Shown: positions 18,810-29,546, counted from the stretch's first letter. The stretch is DNA of 54,053 bases from Candidatus Bathyarchaeia archaeon (GCA_050012255.1 JBEKHN010000016.1:1-54053); one strand, 5' to 3'. Notes: generated by a model from the letters alone, not told the origin. A program made the numbers and translations.

Positions 18810-19012
18810 CAAGAGAAGAATCACTTAGCGCGGGCATCAGAAATCGAAAAGTTCATCTCTTTATCAGAAAGCCTTCAGAGTTCTTCGCTTCTTGCTCGCC
18901 CTGTGAAATCTCTGTTTCCCTCAACGCCCTTGCTCGTCCTCTGGTAGAGGATTTATACGGGTTTCCTCAATTATCTATCACTTCACATCAGACCTTGAAG
19001 GTGAGTTGAGAG

Positions 19013-19711
19013 TTGAAAGTCAAGCTCCTCCGTTGCACAGCAGATGCGGAGCTACTGTGCGGAACCGCAGCGCTAACGACGATAAAAAGTGAAAAACCCT
19101 CAGAGATTCTTGAAAAAATGGATTACGAAACGGCTAAACAAAAAATCAGGAAAGTAACAGGCTACGGACACGCCTCAGTCATCGAACACGCATCCTTCAC
19201 GTTCAGTGTCGAGGACGTTTCAAGAGGCATGACACATCAGCTGGTCAGACACCGCATAGCCTCGTACTCGCAGCAGAGCCAGCGCTACGTGACCTATGAC
19301 ACGTTGGAAAAGTATGTAACGCCTCCCAGCATCGCTTGCAGCCCGCAAGCAAAAAAGGCCTTCGTTGACGCGTTGGAGAACATTTCTGAAGCGTACCGCA
19401 AGCTCTTGAAGATGGGAATTCCGAAGGAAGACGCAAGGTTCATTCTCCCAAACGCTGCCAAAACCAACATAGTCGTGACGATGAACGCCAGAGAACTGCG
19501 TCACTTCTTCAACCTAAGATGCTGCGCTCGCGCACAGTGGGAGATCAGAGAAGTCGCCGTTGAAATGCTAAAACAAGCAAAGAAAGCTGCACCTGCATTG
19601 TTCGAAAACTGCGGACCGACCTGCGTTGAGCTGGGCTGCTGCACCGAAGGAAAGATGAAGCCGGCAGAGTGCAACGTTTCGGAAATAAGAGAGAAGTTCA
19701 AACGTTTGTAA
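19013..19711 (+). CDS. thyX: FAD-dependent thymidylate synthase
   Basis: GHASVIEH, HQLVRHRIASYSQQSQRY. Confidence 0.96.
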   Translation: MKVKLLRCTADAELLCGTAALTTIKSEKPSEILEKMDYETAKQKIRKVTGYGHASVIEHASFTFSVEDVSRGMTHQLVRHRIASYSQQSQRYVTYDTLEKYVTPPSIACSPQAKKAFVDALENISEAYRKLLKMGIPKEDARFILPNAAKTNIVVTMNARELRHFFNLRCCARAQWEIREVAVEMLKQAKKAAPALFENCGPTCVELGCCTEGKMKPAECNVSEIREKFKRL

Positions 19712-19749
19712 GCGGGCAAGTTCTGGTTCTGAACACAGACGCGATACGA

Positions 19750-20592
19750 ATGACCGGCTACAGGGTTCTACCAGTTGTCACAAAATATTGGAAACCGGGA
19801 CAAGACTACTTGGAAGAGATACTTAGATCTGTCAGAGGAAGGATAGCTGATGACGACTTCATCGTCGTCTCAGAGAAGGCAATCTCAACAGCTCGGAACA
19901 CCATAGTGGACGAAAACCAAGTGGAACCAAGCTTAAGTGCAAGGTTTATCGCCGCATTTTGGATGCGCATAGTCTGGGGCTACTTTCTAGGAGCGCTGTG
20001 TCATCTTGGAAGAGCCCTGCTTCAGCATATCCGAGAATATCCAGCGGAGATGGGCAGTCGTCACAAGCAGGTTGCGCTTCAACATGCAGGTTTGCTGCAG
20101 ACTCTCATGTTCGGGTCTGAAGGCGGTATCGATGGCAGTAACTTGCCGTACGCTTACGTCAGCCTGCCCTTAAACGATGCTAACACAATAGCTGAGACGA
20201 TACGCGAGCGAGTATGGCTCGGACTGCAGAAAAAAGTGGTCGTCATGATCGTTGACACTGACAAGACATATTCTCTGAAATGTTTCCATTTTACGCCACG
20301 TCCAAGACCGATTGAAGGCATACATTGTTTCGGAGGGTTCATAGTGTACGTTGCGGGGCGGTTCTTCAAGCTCAAGAAGAGAGCAACGCCTTTGGCCGTT
20401 TCTGGGCGAAAGCTCAGGGTTGAAGAAGCTTTGGAAATTGCCGAATTGGCAAATCGTTCCAGAGGCTTCGGCGCTGGACGAACCGTGTGGGACATGGCTA
20501 GAAACTTCAAAGTGGCTTTGACTGATGTGAGCTGGGAAATGCTTCAGACAGTAAGACATAAACCCATAGTTATTGTTAGAAGCAAGCGCTAG
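19750..20592 (+). CDS. F420-0:gamma-glutamyl ligase (CofE)-family protein
   Basis: IVVSEKAIS, GGIDGSNL, VMIVDTD; ATG at 19750 chosen. Confidence 0.8.
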   Translation: MTGYRVLPVVTKYWKPGQDYLEEILRSVRGRIADDDFIVVSEKAISTARNTIVDENQVEPSLSARFIAAFWMRIVWGYFLGALCHLGRALLQHIREYPAEMGSRHKQVALQHAGLLQTLMFGSEGGIDGSNLPYAYVSLPLNDANTIAETIRERVWLGLQKKVVVMIVDTDKTYSLKCFHFTPRPRPIEGIHCFGGFIVYVAGRFFKLKKRATPLAVSGRKLRVEEALEIAELANRSRGFGAGRTVWDMARNFKVALTDVSWEMLQTVRHKPIVIVRSKR

Positions 20593-22123
20593 GAAGCGGA
20601 GGGTGAAAACGTCGATGGAAGAGGAAACGAAAGCACTGAAAGCTTTTTTTAACCCCCGCTCCGTCGCAATCGTGGGAGCTACCAAGAAAGTAGAAAAAGC
20701 AGGACAGATCATATTCAAGAATTTTGTTGAGAACAAGACCAGACAGGTTTTCAAGGGCGAATTGTACGCGGTTAACCCAAACGAAAAATCGATACTAGGC
20801 ATCAAATGTTTCCCGAACTTGAGCAAGATCCCAGGAGACCTTGAGCTGGTTGTCATTGTTGTCCCAGCAAGCGCTGTGCCCCAGATCATGAAGGAAGCGG
20901 CTGACAAGAAGGTCAAAGCGGCCGTCATCATCAGCGCTGGTTTCGCCGAGGTGGGAAATCGTGAGCTCGAAAGTGAAGTTGCAGCCATAGCTAAGGAGGC
21001 TGGAATTCGGGTTCTCGGGCCCAACTGTCTCGGCGTGTACGATTCCAGAACAGGAGTCGACATGCTTTTCCTGCCAGAAACAAAGGTTCTTTCAACTGGA
21101 GACGAGGTTGTCGCGACACCGCGCCCCTTGCCTGGAAACATAGCGATCGTCAGTCAGAGCGGTGCTTTCGGCGCAGCGGCCCTTGACTATTTGGCAGGTT
21201 TACACACGGGAGCCAGCAAATTCGTGAGTTTCGGCAACAAGATCGACGTGGACGAGGCGGAGATGCTTCGCTATTTGTTTCACGACAAAGAAACAACCGT
21301 GGTGCTCCTCTACGTTGAGGACATAAAGCATGGCAGAAGGTTTCTTGAAGCAGCGGAAGAAATAACTAGGAAAAAACCTGTCGTTGCCATAAAATCTGGA
21401 AGAACAGAGGCTGGTGCACGAGCTGCAGCCTCGCACACAGGCGCCATAGCCGGGTCGGACAGAATCTATGATGCTGCATTCCAGCAGACGGGCATTCTCA
21501 GGGCAAGGGATATGGATGAGTTCTTCCACGCTGGAAAGGCGTTGTCGATGCAGATGCCTGCCAAAGGACAGAACGTTGCGGTAATCACGGATGCAGGAGG
21601 TCCGGGCATAATGGCGGTTGACGAATGCGGAGCAGTGGGGTTGAACGTCAAACGCTTCTCAGAAGGAACGGTTGCAAAGTTTGAGAAGTTGAAGATTGAA
21701 GGTAAGCTTCCGAAGTTTGCAACAAACCTCAACCCCGTGGACGTGACGGGTTCAGGCACGTCGGAGATGTTTGAACTTGCAACAGAAATCGTCTTCCAAG
21801 ACCCAGATATCCACGGCATAATAATGATGGGCCTGCACCAAACTCCCGCTCTGAGAGAAGACTACATCGACAGAGTCGCAAAAGTCGCAGGCAACTATGA
21901 AAAGCCGATGGTTGCGTGCGACATCGGCGAGACGGAAATGGCCCTGAGCATACGCCTAAGGTTTGACGGGTTAGGTGTTCCAGCTTATTCATCACCGGAA
22001 GACGCTGCAAGAGCGATGAACGCTCTTGTGAGGTACGGACTCTACCTGCAGAAGAAGGGCTATCTTGAAGAGTACATCAAGAACTTCTTGGAGAACAAAC
22101 GAAGGAAGCAGGTTAAAACGTGA
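20573..22123 (+). CDS. acdA: acetate/acyl-CoA ligase (ADP-forming) alpha subunit
   Basis: PRSVAIVGA, LGPNCLG, SQSGA, AASHTGA, NPVD; start uncertain. Confidence 0.9.
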   Translation: MLEASARKRRVKTSMEEETKALKAFFNPRSVAIVGATKKVEKAGQIIFKNFVENKTRQVFKGELYAVNPNEKSILGIKCFPNLSKIPGDLELVVIVVPASAVPQIMKEAADKKVKAAVIISAGFAEVGNRELESEVAAIAKEAGIRVLGPNCLGVYDSRTGVDMLFLPETKVLSTGDEVVATPRPLPGNIAIVSQSGAFGAAALDYLAGLHTGASKFVSFGNKIDVDEAEMLRYLFHDKETTVVLLYVEDIKHGRRFLEAAEEITRKKPVVAIKSGRTEAGARAAASHTGAIAGSDRIYDAAFQQTGILRARDMDEFFHAGKALSMQMPAKGQNVAVITDAGGPGIMAVDECGAVGLNVKRFSEGTVAKFEKLKIEGKLPKFATNLNPVDVTGSGTSEMFELATEIVFQDPDIHGIIMMGLHQTPALREDYIDRVAKVAGNYEKPMVACDIGETEMALSIRLRFDGLGVPAYSSPEDAARAMNALVRYGLYLQKKGYLEEYIKNFLENKRRKQVKT

Positions 22124-22499
22124 CCTTAACCTCAACCGAGCTGCCATCGACGAGATGAAGCCTTTCTCTCAGGTTTGTTGATGAAATCACTTCAACGACA
22201 TCCTCTGGGTAACCGGGAACTTCCGGGATGACAACTGCACACTTCACTTTCATTATGCTTGCCTCGAAGATTCTTCCACGGCAATAGCCAGGAGCAGGCA
22301 AGATTTCCGCCCCTCTCGCTTTCATCAAGGCTTTCTTCATTTTGGTGCTCTTCCCATCAAGCCTTATGTTCAACGTTCCGGAATAGAGCGTGAAACCCAA
22401 CTTTTCTTCTATCTGTTCTCTAGCCCACGAAAGGTTCACGAATTCTGCTCCCTCACCCTTCCCCGAGAAAACTCTTCCCTTCAGACATAGCGTCTTCAA
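22113..22499 (-). CDS. ribK: CTP-dependent riboflavin kinase
   Basis: GRVFSGKGEG, GTLNI, EVIS...LRE motifs. Confidence 0.88.
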   Translation of the reverse strand: MKTLCLKGRVFSGKGEGAEFVNLSWAREQIEEKLGFTLYSGTLNIRLDGKSTKMKKALMKARGAEILPAPGYCRGRIFEASIMKVKCAVVIPEVPGYPEDVVEVISSTNLRERLHLVDGSSVEVKVTF

Positions 22500-22560
22500 G
22501 CAATCAAGACTCCTGCCTCACGTTTAGATGTTGAAAGAAAAACCGGGGGCAAAAAAGGGT

Positions 22561-22974
22561 CTATTTTTGCTCTTTCAGCCAAACCGCAACTTTCTTGATC
22601 AACGCGTTAGATGTCATGTCGACAACGGGCACGATCATTTTTTCTCGCGTCTCGATCACCGACTGATACTTAGGCATAAAGGAATAGCCGAGGAAAGTCC
22701 AGTAGACGCGTCCCCTTTCAACCAGCATTTTCGCGGTGACCTCTGTTGATGCTGGCAGGGGAAAGTAGAGAAAAATCACGCCTTCAGCCCAGTACAGGCC
22801 CGCAGCTTTGCCGCCGGCGATTATAGACGCAAACCTCGCTATCTCATCAGCGCTCGCGAAGTAATCCTTCTCCATGATCACGATTTCCTTGAAAGGCTCG
22901 TATTTCACTGCCACTTCGTCTTCACTCATAACGTTCACCGTTCTCTTGTGTTGTCTAACTGGTTTAAGTTCCAT
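22561..22974 (-). CDS. hypothetical protein
   Basis: 137 aa ORF with normal composition; start may be the internal Met. Confidence 0.7.
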   Translation of the reverse strand: MELKPVRQHKRTVNVMSEDEVAVKYEPFKEIVIMEKDYFASADEIARFASIIAGGKAAGLYWAEGVIFLYFPLPASTEVTAKMLVERGRVYWTFLGYSFMPKYQSVIETREKMIVPVVDMTSNALIKKVAVWLKEQK

Positions 22975-23061
22975 TTTAATCTTGTCTTTCCAGAAAAAGT
23001 TATACAGCAGACGTCTGTTAAAGCCTTAAACCAAACAGAGTGTTGAAGGAGAAATTGTAGC

Positions 23062-24138
23062 TTGCCAGAAGTTCGTGTCGCGCTGGTGGGTGTGGGCAAT
23101 TCTGCGTCGGCTCTCATTCAAGGAGTCCAGTATTACAAGAACGCAGAGGAAAATACGAACGTGCCAGGCTTGATGCACGTTAATTTTGGCCCGTACCACA
23201 TAAGGGACGTGAAGTTCGTCGCGGCGTTTGAAGTGAACAAGGACAAGATCGGAAAAGACTTGTCTGAAGCCATTTTTACCGCGCCGAACTGCTGCGAGAA
23301 ATTTGCAGACGTGCCCACCTTGGACGTCAAAGTTACGGGAGGCCCAGTTCTCGACGGGGCGGCTGAACACATGAAGAAGGTGTTCAACGTCTACAAGAAC
23401 GAAGTTGGCCCCGAGCACGTCGTCGACGTTTTGAAGGAGTCCAAGGCGCAGATACTCGTGAACTATCTGCCCGTGGGAAGCCGGAAGGCCGCTCGATTTT
23501 ACGCTCAATCAGCCCTGGACGCTGGCTGCGCCTTCATCAACTGCATGCCCGAGTTCATCGCTTCGGACGGTTCATGGAGCAAAAAGTTTGAGGAAAGAGA
23601 ACTCCCGATCGCCGGGGACGACATCAAGAGCCAGTTAGGAGCCACCATCCTGCACCGAAGCATCGCCAAACTGTGCGTGGACAGAGGCGTGATCATCGAT
23701 GAGACCTATCAGCTGAACCTCGGAGGAGACACGGACTTCCTGAACATGACCGTCGAGGAACGTTTGAAGACTAAAAGAATCAGCAAGACCGAAGCCGTCA
23801 CGAGCATGGTCCCGTACGACCTGCCCACCCGTATAGGACCCTCAGATTACGTGCCGTTCCTGCGAAACAAGAAGATCTGCTACTTGTGGCTGAAGGGAAG
23901 AAAATTCGGCGACAGACCCTTGACCGTGTCTGTTAAGCTTGAGGTTGAAGACTCACCGAACAGTGCGGGAGTCGTGATCGACATAATACGAGCGGTCAAA
24001 ATAGCGCTGGACCGCAAGATCGGCGGAGCATTGTTGAGCATATCCTCGTACGCCTTCAAACACCCTCCGATCCAGGTTCCAGACGCGATGGCTAAGCAGG
24101 CTGTTGAAGAATTCATTCAAGGGAAGAGAGTACGCTAA
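23062..24138 (+). CDS. ino1: myo-inositol-1-phosphate synthase
   Basis: GVGNSAS, NYLPVGS, GDDIKSQLGAT, DSPNSAG. Confidence 0.95.
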   Translation: MPEVRVALVGVGNSASALIQGVQYYKNAEENTNVPGLMHVNFGPYHIRDVKFVAAFEVNKDKIGKDLSEAIFTAPNCCEKFADVPTLDVKVTGGPVLDGAAEHMKKVFNVYKNEVGPEHVVDVLKESKAQILVNYLPVGSRKAARFYAQSALDAGCAFINCMPEFIASDGSWSKKFEERELPIAGDDIKSQLGATILHRSIAKLCVDRGVIIDETYQLNLGGDTDFLNMTVEERLKTKRISKTEAVTSMVPYDLPTRIGPSDYVPFLRNKKICYLWLKGRKFGDRPLTVSVKLEVEDSPNSAGVVIDIIRAVKIALDRKIGGALLSISSYAFKHPPIQVPDAMAKQAVEEFIQGKRVR

Positions 24139-24368
24139 GAGCCTTCAAGAATACGTAACACCACGGTTCTTGAAAAAAAAGTCAACATGGCAATGGACAG
24201 ATGACTTCGTTCAATACGATAAGAAATCCCGCCTGAGAACGCGTCGGCAGCCTTTAATGCAGAAAAAACCTGGAGAGGCGGGGGGTAAGCGTGTTAGACG
24301 AGTAAAAACACGAAACAGGGCATGTTAAGGCCTCTTTCAAAACGCTTTTTAGGCATGGCCTGCCAGTC

Positions 24369-25331
24369 TTGCGCATGGCAGCTAAAGCGATCAGTTCTTT
24401 CAACGCGTTCCTGATGCTGTGCTTGATCACCTTCTGGGGAAGCTCCTTCGTCGTCGTAAAGATAACACTTCTTGAAGGGTTCACACCGATTTCAATCGCA
24501 ACCTTCAGGTTTCTCCTCGCGAGCGCCATGTTTCTAGCAGCGCTTCTGCTCAACAAACGCGTTAACCGCAACTACGCGCTGCGCGTTGAAATCAAAGACT
24601 TGCCAAAGCTGCTTCTCCTCGGGCTCACAGGCGTCACCTTCTTCTTCACGATACAGTACACGGGCATACAGATGGCAAGCGCCTCGATGGCCGCAATCTT
24701 AGTCTGTCTTCTCTCGCCGATCCTGATCACCATCTTCTCCGCACGAATGCTCGAAGAACATCTGGCACGAAGACAAGTTCTCGGAATCGGAATAGCCGCA
24801 GCTGGAACGCTCACCGTCATCGCGGGAAGCTCCCTTAGCCTCGAGAGCAACTCGAGCTTCTTCGCTGGAACCCTGATCCTGCTCTCTACACCTCTGCTCT
24901 GGGCAACGTACACCGTAATCGGAAAAAAGATGATGGAGAAATATAGCCCCTTTCTCGTCTCAGCCTACGTGAACATACTCGGCGGCGTGTGTCTAATCCC
25001 CTTTGCCACAGCTGAAAACTCCATAAGTAGAATAACGACAATGAGCCTTCAAGTCTGGTCAGCAATCCTTTATCTGGCCTTCACCTGTTCGCTGTTTGGA
25101 TATTCCATCTGGCTTCACGTAGCCAACCAAGTCAAGGCGGCAGTGGTCAGCTCATTCATGTTCGCAGAACCGTTGATAACGGTCATGTTCGCAACCAGGT
25201 TTGCAGGAGAAACGGTGACGCTGTTCACGGCGGCAGGCGGCTTCCTGATTTTCATCGGTGTCTACTTGGTCTCTAGGAAGCAAACAGTGCTGAATCGTAG
25301 CCGAGCACTGCAAGGATCTTCCTCGGGTTAA
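24369..25331 (+). CDS. DMT/EamA family transporter
   Basis: FWGSSFVVVK, two EamA halves, ~10 TM. Confidence 0.92.
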   Translation: MRMAAKAISSFNAFLMLCLITFWGSSFVVVKITLLEGFTPISIATFRFLLASAMFLAALLLNKRVNRNYALRVEIKDLPKLLLLGLTGVTFFFTIQYTGIQMASASMAAILVCLLSPILITIFSARMLEEHLARRQVLGIGIAAAGTLTVIAGSSLSLESNSSFFAGTLILLSTPLLWATYTVIGKKMMEKYSPFLVSAYVNILGGVCLIPFATAENSISRITTMSLQVWSAILYLAFTCSLFGYSIWLHVANQVKAAVVSSFMFAEPLITVMFATRFAGETVTLFTAAGGFLIFIGVYLVSRKQTVLNRSRALQGSSSG

Positions 25332-26103
25332 AAACGCTGAACGCTGCCCTCCTCAGATTCTTCCCCATCCTTGGAATCAAACCGGCAGCATCCGTGCCCA
25401 CCTTGCACAAGACCGCATGTTCAAACATCCCTAAGGACTCGACTTTGACGATGTCACGGTTGAACTCTGCTCTTCTTATGGCCGAATCGACTTCACCGTA
25501 GGAAGCTCCGAGAATCAGCAGCCTGTCGAGCAGGGAACGCGTCCAACCTGCGTACTGTTCCTGCTGCTTCTCTGAGAGCTCAGCTTCAATGTACCTTGCC
25601 TCGAAGTCAGCATTTGTAACTCTGATGTGCAACGGTAGGTTTTCACAGAAACCAAAAAGCTCAACCATCTTACCGAGTGCAATCTTCCGTCCATCACCCA
25701 GCTGGGCCTGCAGTTGATGTAACGGAACGGCAGCGTCAACGCGGCTTGGCGAAGAAACTCCTACGTCAACCCAGAGCTCGTTATTGCTTTTCGATGGGCT
25801 TGTAACATATCCTTTGAGCGTTGAATATTTCCTGATGTTTTCTAAGTCTGCTGGGCGAAGCCCGATGTTGTTAGCCAGATAGCGGACGGCCACGTTCTCG
25901 TCTTCGCCGGAAATCGACACGTGAACCCACCCGAGTGAATCGGTTCCGACCATGCTGGTCTCAACCTTCAACCCCCTCAACAAAGACCTCAAGTTTCCGT
26001 CAACTTGGTCTAACTGAGATTTGTTGTAGATTCTGGTAAGAAGGGTTACGGAAGGCAATCGCAGTCGCCGACTAGAGCCAACATTTCCTCGTGCAGTTTC
26101 CAT
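25273..26103 (-). CDS. DUF2110-like protein
   Basis: GEDENVA, LGMFEH...GTDAAGLI; lies in tfe-HD cluster; true start probably later. Confidence 0.75.
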   Translation of the reverse strand: METARGNVGSSRRLRLPSVTLLTRIYNKSQLDQVDGNLRSLLRGLKVETSMVGTDSLGWVHVSISGEDENVAVRYLANNIGLRPADLENIRKYSTLKGYVTSPSKSNNELWVDVGVSSPSRVDAAVPLHQLQAQLGDGRKIALGKMVELFGFCENLPLHIRVTNADFEARYIEAELSEKQQEQYAGWTRSLLDRLLILGASYGEVDSAIRRAEFNRDIVKVESLGMFEHAVLCKVGTDAAGLIPRMGKNLRRAAFSVFNPRKILAVLGYDSALFAS

Positions 26104-26588
26104 ATTCTCTCAATGGCGGCCGGCGGCAACTCCTGTGAAAGCTGGTCAATCGTTTTCTCTATCGGAACGCGACGTGAACCTTCAATGAGTTTGTCTGAGT
26201 AGCAGACGATTTTTTCTTCAAGCGTCTGAGCAACGTACACGTCCTTGGGCCACCCGAGTTTCTTTGCCTCTCTGGCCGTTATCCCGCCGCCCACGTGCTT
26301 CTTGATAATTGATACAACCTGCTCCGGAAGGCCCAAGGACCTTGCGACTTCTGCCCCGATTACTGCGTGATGGACACTGTGCGTCTTGCCTCGTCCAATG
26401 TCATGCAAGAGTCCTCCGACCTCGACGAGTTCCAGATCAACATGAGAACCGTTTTTCTGGCATGCTTCAGCGATCTCGCAGGCAAGCTCAGAGACTTTTT
26501 CAGCGTGTCTTATAACGTTCCCGTGGCATCCGTTCTGCCTGAGTAACTGCAGTGCTTCTTCTCTCGTAGGGAGCTTTTCACTCACCAA
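26046..26588 (-). CDS. HDIG/HD-domain protein (TIGR00295-like)
   Basis: LLHDIGR, HVGGGI, EEKIVCYSD. Confidence 0.88.
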   Translation of the reverse strand: MVSEKLPTREEALQLLRQNGCHGNVIRHAEKVSELACEIAEACQKNGSHVDLELVEVGGLLHDIGRGKTHSVHHAVIGAEVARSLGLPEQVVSIIKKHVGGGITAREAKKLGWPKDVYVAQTLEEKIVCYSDKLIEGSRRVPIEKTIDQLSQELPPAAIERIWKLHEEMLALVGDCDCLP

Positions 26589-27117
26589 GCTCCTTCCTTA
26601 GTGTTTCGACCCTCTTTCCAAGCGCTTCAAGGATCTTGTCGTTGTCGTAGTGCATCAACGGTTTTCCGCATGTTGGGCACTTGAAAACAAGTTCCACAGC
26701 CTCTTCAAACGGGATCCGCTTACATCCAGGCGTGTAGCAATAGTAGAAATCATGGTTTTTCTCAAACTCCAGTCGCACGTTGAGTTTTTCAAGAACCCGA
26801 CGTTTTTGGCTCTGTATGAAACCTTCTAGCTGGTCTGACTGTAGTCTCCAATGAAAAATGAACCAGCCAGTCTTCGGGTCGCGTGTTCGTCTCAAGCTCA
26901 CGAGAGAATGGTCATAAAGCTTGTAGAGGATCTTGCGCACCGAGTTCAGTCTTATGCCCGTCTTGCTTGCTATCTCATCGTCTGTTGTTTCCCCTGCGTT
27001 TTTGAGGATTTCAATGAGCTTGATGGCGTCCTCCTCGCCTAGGGCTTGTGCAACTCTCGTCAGTGTTGCGTCGTTTATGTTGGACAATATAGTGCTCCTT
27101 TTGTTTCCCCTCTTCAA
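26578..27117 (-). CDS. tfe: transcription factor E alpha
   Basis: TDDEIA...VRKILYKLY wHTH, FKCPTCG zinc ribbon. Confidence 0.93.
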   Translation of the reverse strand: MKRGNKRSTILSNINDATLTRVAQALGEEDAIKLIEILKNAGETTDDEIASKTGIRLNSVRKILYKLYDHSLVSLRRTRDPKTGWFIFHWRLQSDQLEGFIQSQKRRVLEKLNVRLEFEKNHDFYYCYTPGCKRIPFEEAVELVFKCPTCGKPLMHYDNDKILEALGKRVETLRKELGE

Positions 27118-27182
27118 CGCTGGTTTCTACATTGTATATTGTGCATGGTTCGACCTTAAATCTCTTTAGAAAAAGGGCAGAA

Positions 27183-27734
27183 TCACACCATCTGTTCATT
27201 CACGATCTTCTTTCCCCTTGCTTGAGGAATGATCTTGAAGTGCGCGTTCTCGAACCTTCTCGTCAGTTCCTTTCCGTCGAAGAAACGATCAAGGAAAACC
27301 GCCAAACTTGCACATTCCGAATGCGGCTGGTTTCCGACTGCCACGTTGAAGTCTGCCACAGCTTCGCAGAAGAATTCACCAGGCACTTTCTGGCTTCCAA
27401 CGATGACCAAAACGTCCTTTCCTGATGTCTTGATCTTCTCTATCGCATCGCTAGTTTCAACGTTTTCTCCATAAGCCGTCAGATGGACAACCAGACCGCC
27501 TTTGACTCTCCAACCGTGAACAGCTCTCTTCCAAGGAGTTCCCATCTCGAAAAAGAAGGGGCCTCCCCATTCTCGAGTGACTTTTTCAATCGAGTCCTTG
27601 ATCTTGGGGTCGTTTGTGTCTGAAAGTATTAGGCCAGCAGCTCCGAAAGCCCTGGCTGCCAGCGCAACGTGCGATGTTAGCCTTGCGTCTCTCTGCGGTC
27701 TGTGACCCCATCTCAGAACAACTACTTGAGGCAT
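27183..27734 (-). CDS. trm56: tRNA (cytidine56-2'-O)-methyltransferase
   Basis: GHRPQRDARLTSH, VHLTAYG, VGNQPHSE. Confidence 0.93.
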   Translation of the reverse strand: MPQVVVLRWGHRPQRDARLTSHVALAARAFGAAGLILSDTNDPKIKDSIEKVTREWGGPFFFEMGTPWKRAVHGWRVKGGLVVHLTAYGENVETSDAIEKIKTSGKDVLVIVGSQKVPGEFFCEAVADFNVAVGNQPHSECASLAVFLDRFFDGKELTRRFENAHFKIIPQARGKKIVNEQMV

Positions 27735-27747
27735 GTTCTCCCCTTTT

Positions 27748-28968
27748 TCAGATTTTCTCCATTTTCCCGCTGAATTCTTTCGCTACGCGATTCCTCACCT
27801 TTTCAGCGAAGGATGGGCTTGCTTCAAAAACCACGTGCACCGAGTTTGCCGTGTAATCTGCCGCTTGCACGTCAGCGTTTTTGAAGAGCCAGGCCATGAA
27901 GGACATCGTTTCCTTCGTTACCGGTATCGTGAATGAGGCTCTCACATAGTCCATAAATCTGTTCAGTATTTCTTGTTCCAAGTGCTCGATGTTTGTTCCG
28001 TACAACGCTGATAGGGGCACCAGCGTTTTGGCTCTATCCCTGAGGTTTTCGATCTTCTGCTGGATGTCCGCGTTCGAGACCAAGTCGACCTTGTTCAGCA
28101 CGACTATCGTTGGTATGCCTCCTGCTCCGATGCGCTCTATCGTCTCCATACATGTTGAAAGTTTCTTTTCCATAGTGCTCATCGCTTCGCTTGCGTCTAC
28201 CACCAGAAGTATGAGGTCAGAGTAGATTGTTTCTTCAAGAGTTGAACGGAAAGCCTCTATGAGTGTTAACGGCAACCGGTCTATAAAGCCCACAGTGTCT
28301 GTCAACAGGAACTTCTTCTTGGAGAAAGTGACAAGCCTCGTCGTTGTTGAGAGCGTCGTAAACAGCGCTGTGTCAACTGGGACTGTTTCTTTTGCAAGAA
28401 CGTTGAACAGGCAGCTTTTTCCTGCTTTTGTGTATCCACTCAGAGAGATTGATGCGAAGCCCAATTCGGCCCTCCTTTCGCGGTGTAGCAGGCGCTTTCC
28501 TCTGATCTTCTTCAGTCTTCTCCGTGTAGCATGCACTTCTCTCTTGACGCTTTCATAGTAAACGTCAACTTCATAAGCTCCCAGCCCCATGAACCCAGGC
28601 TGCTCTGCCTTCTTTGCCAACCTTACCCTCTCTTTTGCCTGTGTAAGGTCGTACTGTAGCTTTGCAAGGTGTATCTGCATCTGTGCCTCAGCCGTTGTAG
28701 CTCTTCTTGTGAAGATCTCCAGTATGAGTTGGAAGCGGTCGATGGCCTCGACGTTGGTCGCCTTTGCCAAGTTATAGGATTGCAAGGGTCTCAGAAGGTT
28801 GTCGAATATGATTTTTTCAGCGCCATTTTTCTTTACAAGTTCGGCGAGTTCTTCAACCTTTCCAGCGCCTATCTGGTAACGTGCGTCAGGTTCTCTCACC
28901 TGCTCCATCCTGCCGACAACCGTGTAGCCTGCTGTTTGTGCCAAGCTGTCAAGCTCATCAAGTGTCAA
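27748..28968 (-). CDS. hflX: GTPase HflX
   Basis: IGAGKVEE, LILEIF, GYTKAGKS, LFTTL, DTVGFI, NKVD. Confidence 0.94.
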   Translation of the reverse strand: MTLDELDSLAQTAGYTVVGRMEQVREPDARYQIGAGKVEELAELVKKNGAEKIIFDNLLRPLQSYNLAKATNVEAIDRFQLILEIFTRRATTAEAQMQIHLAKLQYDLTQAKERVRLAKKAEQPGFMGLGAYEVDVYYESVKREVHATRRRLKKIRGKRLLHRERRAELGFASISLSGYTKAGKSCLFNVLAKETVPVDTALFTTLSTTTRLVTFSKKKFLLTDTVGFIDRLPLTLIEAFRSTLEETIYSDLILLVVDASEAMSTMEKKLSTCMETIERIGAGGIPTIVVLNKVDLVSNADIQQKIENLRDRAKTLVPLSALYGTNIEHLEQEILNRFMDYVRASFTIPVTKETMSFMAWLFKNADVQAADYTANSVHVVFEASPSFAEKVRNRVAKEFSGKMEKI

Positions 28969-28994
28969 TGGTTCTGACCGCTGCCGACGTTGAA

Positions 28995-29546
28995 CTATGA
29001 CTGCTCTCGTCCTGCAGCTTCCTCCCTATCGCTGCCTCCCTTCTTAAGTTGAATGAGGTCTCCGAGCGTCAGCTCACGGCTTAGCGCCCTGGGAATCTTC
29101 GCCTGTGGAACTTTTTCCTCCTTCCTAGGCACTATCAATTTGACCTTAAGAATGTGCTCCAACGCTGTTGCAAGCTTATCGCTGGGCGTCATCTTGCCCG
29201 TCTCAATCTTCTTGAGGAGCGATACCTTTTCGTTCAATCTCTTCCCCAGTTCTTCATGCGAAAGTCCCAGCTTCTCCCTTGCTTTTCTTATCCTCGTGCC
29301 GTAATCTTCCGTCAGTTCCACGCTGGTGTCGACTGGCGGCGCCGACTGTTTAGTTTGGACTCTAAACGTGACAGGTCCCGCTCTGGGCCTCGGAAACACT
29401 TGTTTCGGTCTAGGCTCCGTGTAGCAGATCTTGCCATGCTTTGCACATTCGCCACACACCGTGAGTCTTGCCCCTTCGATCATGACGTTGAATGATTTGC
29501 CACGGATCTTGCATCCGCAGACTTCGCATCGCAACTGGCTCCACAC
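28995..29546 (-). CDS. mbf1: multiprotein bridging factor aMBF1
   Basis: CEVCG...CGEC zinc ribbon, Cro-like HTH, LTLGD. Confidence 0.9.
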   Translation of the reverse strand: MWSQLRCEVCGCKIRGKSFNVMIEGARLTVCGECAKHGKICYTEPRPKQVFPRPRAGPVTFRVQTKQSAPPVDTSVELTEDYGTRIRKAREKLGLSHEELGKRLNEKVSLLKKIETGKMTPSDKLATALEHILKVKLIVPRKEEKVPQAKIPRALSRELTLGDLIQLKKGGSDREEAAGREQS

